64,000 bases of DNA, from positions 320,001 through 384,000 of the forward strand of contig CAVSGM010000003.1 in assembly GCA_963727485.1 (NCBI GenBank), in the 5' to 3' direction. Below, one piece after another: positions 33,183-42,217 of this stretch. The notes under the pieces are model-generated. The model did no database searches, was not told where the DNA came from, and saw only the letters and a program-made list of their open reading frames with translations. A program made the position numbers and the translations under genes. The stretch is from an uncultured delta proteobacterium (GTDB lineage: Bacteria; Myxococcota; Myxococcia; SLRQ01). Position 1 is the first letter of the stretch, and every line of letters starts with the position of its first letter.

Positions 33183-35757
33183 GTGAACGCTGCGCAGGCG
33201 TCGGACCGGGTCGCGAGCTGGGATGGGGCGTACCGCGCCCACGCCCGCGCCGAGCTTCTGGGCCGGGTGCGGGTCGGCGCCCTCCTCGCCGCCATCCTGG
33301 TCCCGGCCGGCGCGGTCCTGGAGCTGGTGATCGACCCGGGGATGGTCCGCACCCTGCTCCCGGCGCGCCTGGTCTTCGGGGCGGTGAGCCTGGCCATCTA
33401 CGGCGCCACCCGCCTGCCCCGGGCGGTGCGCTTCGCCCACCCGCTCTCCTGGCTCATGGGGCTGCAGCTCGCCACCGGGGTGGAGCTGGTGCTGCTCATC
33501 GGCCCGGGGGTGGCCTCGCCCTACTACGCCGGCCTCTCGGTGGTCATCATCGCCCTGGGCCTGCTCTTCACCTGGACCACCCTCGAGGCCCTGGCGGTCA
33601 ACCTGGCGATCCTCGCCATCTACGTGGTCCCGGCCCTCCTCCTCGGAGAGCAGGCGTCCTGGCGGACCCTCTTCTCCAACGTCTACTTCCTGGCGAACTG
33701 CTCGCTGCTGGCGGTCGCCGCCAGCTGGATCGGGGCCCGGCTCCGGCGCCGCGCCTTCTACGGCCGCCTCGCCCTCGAGGCGCGCACCCGGGAGCTCGAC
33801 GACGCCTCGGCGCGGCTCTCCGCCTCCCTCGATCGGCTCCAGGAGCTCGACCAGCTCAAGAGCCGGTTCTTCGCCCACATCGACCATGAGCTGCGCACCC
33901 CCCTGACCCTGCTCCTGGCCCCCCTCGAGGAGCTCCTCGGCGACGAGGAGACCAAGCTCCCCAGCCCCGTGGTCGCCCGCCTGGAGCTGATGAGCCGCAG
34001 CGGCGCGCGGCTGATGCGCCTCATCGACCACCTCCTCGACATCACCCGGCTCCAGGCGGGGCGGACGGTGCTCCGGCCCCAGGCCATCGAGCTCTCCAGC
34101 TTCGCGGGGAACCTGGTCGAGCAGTTCATCCCCCTCGCCACCCACCGGCGCCTCGACCTCGCCTTCACCGCCGCCGAGGAGATCAGCCTCCTCGCCGATC
34201 CCGAGAAGGTCGAGACCATCGTCCGCAACCTGGTGGGCAACGCCATCAAGTTCACCCCGCCCGGGGGCCGGGTGCGGGTGCGCCTCCGCTCCGAGGGGGC
34301 CGACGCGGTCATCGAGGTCGAGGACACCGGCGTGGGCATCCCCCAGGAGCGCCGGGAGTCGATCTTCGAGCTCTTCAGCCGGGTGGAGGAGACGCCGGGG
34401 AGCGGCCCCGGGGGCACGGGCATCGGCCTGGCCCTGGTCCAGGAGCTGGTGGGCCTGCACCAGGGTCGCATCGAGCTCGTCTCCGAGCCCGGCGCCGGAT
34501 TCCACCTTCCGGGTCTTCCTGCCCCGGGGCGACGTCGCGGACCTCGGCACCGCCCTCACCGCCCCCTCGCCCAACTACGAGCTCCTCCGGGCCGAGGGCG
34601 AGGCGGGGCTCGCCGAGGTCGAGCCCGAGCCCCTGCCCCCCACCGCCGCCACGATGCCCCAGGGCCGGGAGCGGATCCTGGTGGTCGAGGACAACCTCGA
34701 GCTCGCCAGGCTCCTCGCCGGCTTCCTCGGCCGCCACTACCGGGTGGACACGGCGGCCGACGGCAACGCCGGCCTAGAGGAGGCCCGGCGTCTGCATCCG
34801 GAGGTGGTGGTCTGCGACGTGATGCTCCCGGGGCGCTCGGGCCTCGAGGTGGTGGAGGCCCTCAAGTCCGACCCGCGAACGGCCGATATTGCGGTCATCC
34901 TCCTCACCGCCCGCCACGAGTCGGCCACCGTCCTCGAGGGCTTCGCCCGCGGCGCCGACGACTACATGGAGAAGCCGTTTCGCCCCCAGGAGCTCCTGGC
35001 GCGGATCCGGGCGCAGCTGCGCCTGCGGGCCATCGCCGGCGAGCTCGCCGAGGCGCAGAAGATGGCGATGCTCGGCACCCTCGCCGCCGGCCTCGCCCAC
35101 GAGGTGCGCAACCCCGCCGGAGCCATCCTCGCCTCGCTCCCGGTGATCCGCCGGGCCCTGGGACCCGACGAGACCGGCCGGCCCACGCCTGCCCCGGAGC
35201 GGGTGCTGGAGCTGGTGGCCGTGGTCGAGGACAGCACCCGGCGGATCACCGCCCTGGTCGACGACCTCCTGCGCTTCTCCCACGTGGAGCGGGCGGCGCC
35301 GGTGCCCTGGGAGCCGGACGCGGCGGTGAAGCGGGTGGTCCACCTCTTGGGCCACCGGTTCCAACGGGTGAAGGTCGAGGAGGACCTCTGCTATGCTTCG
35401 GAGGTAGAGGGGCAAGGGGGCCAGTTGGACCAGGTGCTGATGAACCTCCTCGACAACGCCCTCAAGGCGATCGGGGACGGGGGAACCCTGCGCGTGGCGA
35501 CCCGGGACGCCGGGGACGGGGTCCGGATCACCGTCGACGACGACGGCCCCGGCATCGATCCCGACGACCTCCCCCGGATCTTCGATCCCTTCTTCACCAC
35601 GAGGGGGGTGGGCGATGGCACCGGCCTCGGCCTCTACCTCTCCCGGCGCATCGTCGAGGCCCACGGCGGCCGCCTCGAGGCGCAAAACCTCGACGGCGGT
35701 GGGGCCCGCTTCGAGCTGTGGCTCCCCGGGGCCCCGGCGGCGGCGGCCGAGGCATGA
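33183..35757 (+). CDS. Hybrid sensor kinase: multi-TM sensor-HisKA-HATPase-REC-HisKA-HATPase; +1 frameshift at ~34500
   Basis: H-box DHELRTPL, NAIKFT, DTGVGI, GTGIGL; REC (VVEDN, CDVMLP, EKPF); second H-box AHEVRNP with DDGPGI and GTGLGL. Start uncertain (33141 or 33183). Confidence 0.85.
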
Positions 35758-36884
35758 GCCCTTCCTTCGACCCGGACCGCTACCCGGTCCTCTACGTCGA
35801 CGACGAGCCCAACAACCTGTTGGTGTTCTCCACGGTCTTCGGTGACGAGTTCCGGGTGTTCACCGCCGGGACCCCGGAGGCGGCCTTCGAGATCCTCGAC
35901 GCCGAGCCGGTGGCGGTGGCCCTCTTCGATCAGCGGATGCCCGGCATCAGCGGCATCGCCCTCGCCGAGCAGGTGCGGGCCCGCCACCCCTCGGTGGCGC
36001 GGATGATCGTCACCGCCTACTCCGACACCGCCGAGGCGGTGGAGGCGATCAACCGCGGCGGGATCTCCCAGTGGATCCGCAAGCCCTGGGAGGCCGAGGA
36101 GGTCGCGGCGATCCTCCGCGCCGCCCTCGAACGCCGGGCCCTCCAGGACCTGGTGGGCGACCTCCAGTCGAAGATGATCCAGACCGAGCGCCTGGCGCTC
36201 CTGGGGGTCGCCACCGCCAGCGTCGCCCACGACCTGCGCTCGCCCCTGGCGGTGCTGCGCTCGGGGTTGGGCTTCGCCCACGAGCGGCTCACCGAGGACG
36301 GCGCCCTCGACCGGGACGAGCTCCTGGCCCTCGTCGGCGAGCTCCAGGGGGCCTGCGAGCAGATGACCGGGCTGGTGCGCACCGTGGGGATGCACGCCCA
36401 GACCCCGCGGTCGCGCCGGTCGCGCCTGGCCCTGGCGGAGATCGTCGCGTCGATCCTGCCCCTGTGCCGGGTGGAGATCGAGCGGCGGGCGGTGCTGCGG
36501 TTGGAGCTGGGGGAGGCGCCGGTGGTCCTCGGCGACCCGGTGGGCCTGGGACAGGTGCTCCTGAACCTCCTGGTCAACGCCGGGCAGGCCATCGCCCCGG
36601 GTCGGCGGGCGGAGAACGAGGTGAAGGTCGTCCTCGGCGCCGACGGCGACCGGGCCTGCCTCGAGGTCCACGACACCGGCGAGGGCATCCCCGAGGCGCG
36701 CCTCGAGACCATCTTCGAGCCCTTCTTCACCACCCGGGGCGAGCAGGGCACCGGCCTCGGCCTGGCCATCGTCCGGCAGACCCTCGAGGCCCACGGGGGC
36801 ACCGTCCACGCCGAGTCCACCCCCGGGGTGGGCACCCGGTTCCGGGTGTGCCTCCCGGGGGCGGCGGACGGAGACCCCGACTAG
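35754..36884 (+). CDS. Hybrid response regulator/His kinase (REC-HisKA-HATPase)
   Basis: YVDDE, DQRMPG, RKPW, AHDLRSPL, DTGEGI, GTGLGL; ATGA overlap. Confidence 0.92.
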   Translation: MSPSFDPDRYPVLYVDDEPNNLLVFSTVFGDEFRVFTAGTPEAAFEILDAEPVAVALFDQRMPGISGIALAEQVRARHPSVARMIVTAYSDTAEAVEAINRGGISQWIRKPWEAEEVAAILRAALERRALQDLVGDLQSKMIQTERLALLGVATASVAHDLRSPLAVLRSGLGFAHERLTEDGALDRDELLALVGELQGACEQMTGLVRTVGMHAQTPRSRRSRLALAEIVASILPLCRVEIERRAVLRLELGEAPVVLGDPVGLGQVLLNLLVNAGQAIAPGRRAENEVKVVLGADGDRACLEVHDTGEGIPEARLETIFEPFFTTRGEQGTGLGLAIVRQTLEAHGGTVHAESTPGVGTRFRVCLPGAADGDPD

Positions 36885-38134
36885 CGGTCGGGCCAGTTGT
36901 TCCAGGGCGGGTCGGGGTAGCGGCCGGTGAGCCCCTCCCGGAGAAAGGTGAGCAGCGCCGCCCGGTCGGCGTCGGAGAGGGCGTGGGGCTCGAGGAGGGG
37001 ATCCACCTGCGCTCCGGCGCCGCCCTTCAGGTGGAAGTCGACGACCGCCTCCAGGGTGTCGAAGACACCGTCGTGGCCGTAGGGCGCCGAGAGCGCCACG
37101 TTGCGCAGGGACGGGGTGCGGAAGGCGCCCTCGTCCGCGGGCCGGCCGTCTCCCGGCGCCGGAGGATCCTGGGGCGCCGGGCCGTCGTAGTAGGGCCCGT
37201 GGTCGTTGAAGATGCTCCTGGCGAGGAGGATGCGGCCGGCGTCGCGCCCGGGGTCCGCCGGGGAGCCCGGTGGTTGGGGGACGCCGAGGTCGTGGAAGCC
37301 GTGGTCCGAGAGGGTGGGGCCGCTGTGGCACTTCAGGCACCCCGACTCGGCGAAGACCACCAGGCCCCGCTGCGCTTCGGGCGAGAGGGCCTTCCGATCC
37401 CCGGCGAGGAAGGCGTCGAGGGGTGCGGGCCCGGCGGCGATCTTGCGCATGTAGGCCTCGAGGGCCTTGCCGTAGTTGGCGAAGATCAGGTTCACCGTGT
37501 CCTGGTCTGCCGTCGCCATCTGGTCCCAGTCGGGATCGCCGGGGCGGCCCGCCGCCGGGAAGCGGGTGGCGTCGGAGAGGTCGGGCAGCGGCCCGAAGAC
37601 CTTGGCGTAGGCGTCGGGGAAGGCCCGGGCCAGGAGGTGGGCGACGCCCAGACGCGTGAAACCCATTTCAGCCGGGTTCTCGGTGGGGTAGAGGGGCTGC
37701 GACCACAGGGAGTCGGCGCGCCCGTCCCAGAACTGCCAGCGGTTCCAGGCGGCGTCGAGGATGGTGGGCGCGTTGCGCGCGGTGGTGCCCATGCCCTGGG
37801 AGAGCGGGAGGGCGTCGCCGAAGTCCGCCTCGGGCTTGTGGCAGGTGGCGCAGCGGACGTTGGCGTTCCCCGAGAACCGGGCGTCGTAGAAGATCTCGAA
37901 GCCGAGGAGCGCGGCGTCGGAATTCTCGGCCACGTCGTTGCCCCGCGCCGGGGGCAGGCTGTCGGGGAGCTTGAGCGCTTCCACCCGGCGGCACAGGGTT
38001 GCCGGGAGGTCGGGGGACACGGCGCAGCTGGCGCCGGTGGAGGCCTGGGGCGGCGGGGCGCCGCAGGCGGTGAGGAAGAGAACCAGGGACAAGGCGCAGA
38101 GCGCCGGTGAAACGAGCTTCCGCGAGCGTTCCAT
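36881..38134 (-). CDS. Diheme cytochrome c peroxidase/MauG-superfamily lipoprotein
   Basis: Lipobox LTAC; CATCH, NAPT, QFWDGRA, Q..P..NPAEM, CLKCH, FRTPSLRNV..SAPYGHDG. Confidence 0.92.
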   Translation of the reverse strand: MERSRKLVSPALCALSLVLFLTACGAPPPQASTGASCAVSPDLPATLCRRVEALKLPDSLPPARGNDVAENSDAALLGFEIFYDARFSGNANVRCATCHKPEADFGDALPLSQGMGTTARNAPTILDAAWNRWQFWDGRADSLWSQPLYPTENPAEMGFTRLGVAHLLARAFPDAYAKVFGPLPDLSDATRFPAAGRPGDPDWDQMATADQDTVNLIFANYGKALEAYMRKIAAGPAPLDAFLAGDRKALSPEAQRGLVVFAESGCLKCHSGPTLSDHGFHDLGVPQPPGSPADPGRDAGRILLARSIFNDHGPYYDGPAPQDPPAPGDGRPADEGAFRTPSLRNVALSAPYGHDGVFDTLEAVVDFHLKGGAGAQVDPLLEPHALSDADRAALLTFLREGLTGRYPDPPWNNWPDR

Positions 38135-38163
38135 ACGTCTACCTCGCTGCGGGTGGGGGGAGT

Positions 38164-38185
38164 GACGCCCTTGCGACAGGGCGTC
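38164..38185. promoter_or_regulatory. Perfect 8-bp inverted repeat in a divergent promoter region
   Basis: GACGCCCT-TGCGAC-AGGGCGTC. Confidence 0.4.
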
Positions 38186-38256
38186 GGTCGAGACTATCAC
38201 GGTCGGAACGGCGAGGCGCGACGTTGCGCCTTACGCCGCACCGAGAGAGGTCAAAG

Positions 38257-40242
38257 ATGTATCGCAGTTTCCCTACCCTCCTCGTTTCCATCTCGTTGTC
38301 ACTCGTATGTGTTTTCGGCACAGCGTGTGGAAACGTGGGTGGGAGCAACGGCAACGGCGGCAACGGCGGGGGCGCGGTCAGTGATGGCGGCGGGACGGGC
38401 GGCGGTGGCGGCGGTGGCGCCTCCGACGGCGGCACCCAGGGCGGGGTCACCGACGGGGGCGGCGGCCAAGTGAGCGACGGCGGCACCGGCGGCAGCGTGG
38501 ATGGGGGGAACGGAGCGGGGGACGCGGGTACTTCCGGCGATGCGGGAAGCGGCACCGCGTCCGACGGGGGGAGCCCTGATGCTGGCCCACTTCCGGTGCC
38601 GGATCCAGTGGTGCAGGTTCCCAATCCGGTACCTGCCCCTGTAGACAACAATCCGACATCGCCCGCCACCGACGACGGCAGCGCCCTCTCGTGGCCGACG
38701 GCGCCGGAGATGACCGGGGTGCAGGTGGCGGTGGGCCGTGACAGCGCGGTGGTGGTGGTGCCGGCGGTGACCGGCGCCCGGGACTACCGGGTGTTCCCGG
38801 TGCCCGCGGGCACCAGCCTCAACACCGACGCCAGCGGCGCCGAGGCCGTCGACGGCACCCGGATCTTCTGCGCCGGCCTCCGGCAACACAACGACGTGGC
38901 GGTGGGCGCCGGCGAGCTGATGCGCGCCATCGAGGTCTCGGGCCTCACCGGACCCACCCGCCTGGTGGTGGAGGCCGTGGACGCGCCCTGTCCCTTCCCG
39001 GGCGTGATGGGCCGCGAGCACCACCTGGTCCCGGTGCACAACAGCGCGCTGTCGGCGAGCGAGGCGGTGGACTTCTCGGTCTACACCGCGGACGAGATCC
39101 AGCAGACCTACGGCAGCGTCATCTACAACGGCCAGGGGCCGGCGGCGACCCTGGGCCAGCCTGCGCCCCCGGTGGCGCCCCACGTCCTGGCGCGGACCAC
39201 CGTGGTGGTCACCCCCGAGGGCACCGGCACCTCACCGGGCCTCGACTACTTCGACGACTTTGCCGCCAACGACGAGCCGCAGCTGGTGGGCCAGGTCGAC
39301 AGCGGCGGTCGCTCGGCGGTGCCGGGCCTGTTGTGGCAGAACCAGAAGTGGAGCTTCTACAGCTACGCCTACGCCTACAGCGACGTGTTCATCGAGCACG
39401 GACAGCTCCACACCCTCCTGGCCGACTGGGCCCAGGACGTGTTCGGCTCCAACGTCATCTACCCCCGGCGGACGGTGACGGTGCCGAGCAACGGCTACCT
39501 CCGGGTGGTCTACGACGTCGACTCCGACGCCACCTCCCGGCGGTACTGGTGGATCTCGCTCTGCGGCGCCGACCAGCAAGGCCAGACCATGGACGCCCAG
39601 GGCCAGCTCCTCTCGCCCATCGTCCAGACGCCATTCTTCTATCAGCCCGACGGGCACAACCCGAGCCTCGCCCACTGGAACTGCCTCCAGGTCTTCCCCC
39701 GGGACGGCACGCCCTTCGGCCTGGCGCCCTCCGGCAAGCGCCCCCAGTCCGACATCCGGGTGATGCTCAACGTCCCCGGCGCCCCGGCGCGCTCGAGCGT
39801 GGTCAACCTCTCGCCGGACCAGTTCCACAACGCCACCCTGGCGCGGCCGAGCTGGTTCCGGATGCAGGACGGCCAGGGCAACCTCCTCGGCCCCATCCTC
39901 GACGACCAGATGCTGATCTCGCCCCGGACGCACTTCGAGCTCTACGTGCGCCGCGACCGGGTGATCCTCTACGTCAACGGCCAGCAGCGCCTCTGCGACG
40001 ACTTCCCCTCGATCCCGCTGACCATGGCCGAGGGGGCGCTGGGCTTCGGGCAGGTGCTCTACCACTCGGCAGCCGAGCGCCACGAGTTCTTCCAGTCGTT
40101 CAACGACCGCACCGGCCAGCGGTACCTCATCCACGACACGCCCTACATCGACGCGCGGACCTGGGACAACCTGGGTTTCCAGGAGGACGTGGGGGCACCG
40201 GCGGGCTTCGATCCCAGCCAGTGCTACACCTACGCGCCCTGA
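38257..40242 (+). CDS. Unknown secreted lipoprotein with DGG/DAG-repeat linker and large beta-rich domain
   Basis: Lipobox GTAC; GAGAGG RBS; Gly/Asp-rich linker; coding-like codon usage from ~38670 onward. Confidence 0.8.
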   Translation: MYRSFPTLLVSISLSLVCVFGTACGNVGGSNGNGGNGGGAVSDGGGTGGGGGGGASDGGTQGGVTDGGGGQVSDGGTGGSVDGGNGAGDAGTSGDAGSGTASDGGSPDAGPLPVPDPVVQVPNPVPAPVDNNPTSPATDDGSALSWPTAPEMTGVQVAVGRDSAVVVVPAVTGARDYRVFPVPAGTSLNTDASGAEAVDGTRIFCAGLRQHNDVAVGAGELMRAIEVSGLTGPTRLVVEAVDAPCPFPGVMGREHHLVPVHNSALSASEAVDFSVYTADEIQQTYGSVIYNGQGPAATLGQPAPPVAPHVLARTTVVVTPEGTGTSPGLDYFDDFAANDEPQLVGQVDSGGRSAVPGLLWQNQKWSFYSYAYAYSDVFIEHGQLHTLLADWAQDVFGSNVIYPRRTVTVPSNGYLRVVYDVDSDATSRRYWWISLCGADQQGQTMDAQGQLLSPIVQTPFFYQPDGHNPSLAHWNCLQVFPRDGTPFGLAPSGKRPQSDIRVMLNVPGAPARSSVVNLSPDQFHNATLARPSWFRMQDGQGNLLGPILDDQMLISPRTHFELYVRRDRVILYVNGQQRLCDDFPSIPLTMAEGALGFGQVLYHSAAERHEFFQSFNDRTGQRYLIHDTPYIDARTWDNLGFQEDVGAPAGFDPSQCYTYAP

Positions 40243-41264
40243 TCCGCCGGGAGGGGCCAGGGGGCCTCGAGGCCGTCGGTGCCGTTGGCGCCGGCGGTCT
40301 CGGCCGCCAGCCCCTCCGCCGCCGGCCACCGGATGGGCACCCTCGGCTCATAGCCCAGCACCTCCCGGGCCCGGGTGCCGTCGAGGACGGCGCTGAAGTG
40401 GAAGCGCCGGTAGTTCTGGTCGTAGCGGAAGCTCATCCCGGTGGCGCCCGCGCGCCACTGGTAGAGGGGCACCAGCAGCGGGCCCGGCACCGGGATCCCC
40501 AGCCGGCCCCAGAGGGCCACCGCCCGTGAGAGGGGCAGGGTGTCGGCGCCGCCGATGTTGAACACCCCTTCGCCCTCGCCCTCGAGGGCGAGGATCAGGG
40601 CCCGCACCGCGTCGTCGATGGACAGGAGGTTGACCATGGGATCGAAGCCCAGGGGCCGGAAGCAGACCCGGCTCCCCAGGTAGTCGTAGAGCTGGCTGCC
40701 GGTCCGCGGCGCCAGGATCTCGGCGCAGCGCAGGACCACCAGGCGCAGCGGTGTGAGCCCCATCCGGGTGCAGAGGGTGACGTCGGCCTCCACCCGGTCC
40801 CGCACCCGCGGGGGGGCCGTGGGCGCGAGCTCCAGGGGATGGGTCTCGTCCATCAGCGTCGGCTCCCGGGGGTCGATGTGGTAGACGTCGGCGCTGCTCC
40901 GGTAGACCAGCCGGCGCAGCGTGGGGTGGTCCTCGGCGAGCTCGACGATGGCCCGGGTGGAGGCCACGTCCAGGGCGCGCGCCCGGCGGAGGTGGCGACG
41001 GCCGTCGCCGGAGAGGGCGGTGTGCACCACCCGGTCGATGCCCAGGTCCCGGGCGGGGCCGAAGAGGAGGGTGCGCACGTCCCGGGGGCGGGCCATGTCC
41101 ACCTGCACGTAGGTGAGGCGCCCGTCCCGGCGGAGGTCGAGGCCCACCGGCTCGGGGCCCGCGCCCTGGGCCAGCACCCGGTCCACGTTGGGGTGGGCGA
41201 GGAGGGCGCGCACCAGGTGACAGCCCACCGGATCGGTGGCGCCGGTGACCAGCACCCGCATCAT
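40230..41264 (-). CDS. Atypical NAD-dependent epimerase/dehydratase-fold protein
   Basis: MRVLVTGATDPVG, SSADVY, LGFDPMVNLLSIDD, GVFNI, LGYEP. Confidence 0.82.
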   Translation of the reverse strand: MMRVLVTGATDPVGCHLVRALLAHPNVDRVLAQGAGPEPVGLDLRRDGRLTYVQVDMARPRDVRTLLFGPARDLGIDRVVHTALSGDGRRHLRRARALDVASTRAIVELAEDHPTLRRLVYRSSADVYHIDPREPTLMDETHPLELAPTAPPRVRDRVEADVTLCTRMGLTPLRLVVLRCAEILAPRTGSQLYDYLGSRVCFRPLGFDPMVNLLSIDDAVRALILALEGEGEGVFNIGGADTLPLSRAVALWGRLGIPVPGPLLVPLYQWRAGATGMSFRYDQNYRRFHFSAVLDGTRAREVLGYEPRVPIRWPAAEGLAAETAGANGTDGLEAPWPLPADQGA

Positions 41265-42061
41265 CGGAAGAGCCCCCGGCGCCGGGACCGGCCCCGATCG
41301 AGGAGCGCCTGGACCCTCGCCCTGACCTCGAAGGCGGCGGCGGCGGCGACCTCGGGATCGTCGGCCTGGTCCGCGGGGAAGCGCTCGGCGAGGTCCAGGG
41401 GCGCGCCGTAGTGGATGTGGAAGCGCACCGGCAGGGGCAGGGGCGTCGCCGGGATCGGCAGGTGGGGCGCCCCGAACCAGTGGAAGCTGCGAATCCGGCC
41501 CAGCTGGGGCCAGGCCTCCTCGGCGCCGACGATGGCCACCGGGATCACCGGCACCCGGAGGCGCAGCGCCAGCTCGGCGTGGCCCACGTTCCAGGTCTGG
41601 AGCTGGTAGCGCTTGGAGAAGCCCTTGGCGATCCCCCGCACCCCCTCGGGGAACACCGCCACCAGCTCGCCGCGCTGGAGGAGGTGCCGGAGGTTTCCGC
41701 GGCTCCCGCTCACCGCCCCGCCGCCGGTGAACAGCGGGTTCACCACCGGCATCCGCGGCACGAACACGTCCATCACCACCCGGAGCACCCGCGGGGGCTC
41801 GGTGTGGACCAGCACGTCGTGCCACAGCATCAGGGCGTCGAGGGGGAGCATCCCGCTGTGGTTGGCGGCGAGGAGGGCGGCGCCCTCGGCCGGGAGGTGG
41901 TGGCTGCCGTCGGAGGTGACCCGGAGGTAGTGGCGGTAGAGCGGAGAGGTGAGGGCCGCGCCGCGCTTGAGGCCCGCGCGGTGGAGCCCGAGCACGTCGT
42001 AGCCGTGCCCGGCGTCGTCGATGCGGGCCCGGTCGAGGCGCGCCTTCAGCTCCGGCGTCAT
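41261..42061 (-). CDS. Lysophospholipid/glycerol acyltransferase (PlsC family)
   Basis: NHSGMLPLD, VFPEG, PVIPVAIVGAEE. Confidence 0.9.
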   Translation of the reverse strand: MTPELKARLDRARIDDAGHGYDVLGLHRAGLKRGAALTSPLYRHYLRVTSDGSHHLPAEGAALLAANHSGMLPLDALMLWHDVLVHTEPPRVLRVVMDVFVPRMPVVNPLFTGGGAVSGSRGNLRHLLQRGELVAVFPEGVRGIAKGFSKRYQLQTWNVGHAELALRLRVPVIPVAIVGAEEAWPQLGRIRSFHWFGAPHLPIPATPLPLPVRFHIHYGAPLDLAERFPADQADDPEVAAAAAFEVRARVQALLDRGRSRRRGLFR

Positions 42062-42217
42062 CCTGGCTTCCCCCATGGAAACCTGGGGTCCCCGGGTCGT
42101 CGCGGCCACCGCCGGCGTGCTGGGGCAGGTTCCTCAGGGTGCTGACCCGTGGTGGCGCCCGCCGGGTCGGTACCTACCCTTGGATGTCGTCCGGGGGGCC
42201 AGAGGGGGACCACAGCG

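Noticed and set aside
31977..36884. 1635-aa giant kinase ORF
   Set aside because: Chimera of an antisense shadow frame, the first HK half, an off-frame stretch and a separate downstream gene.
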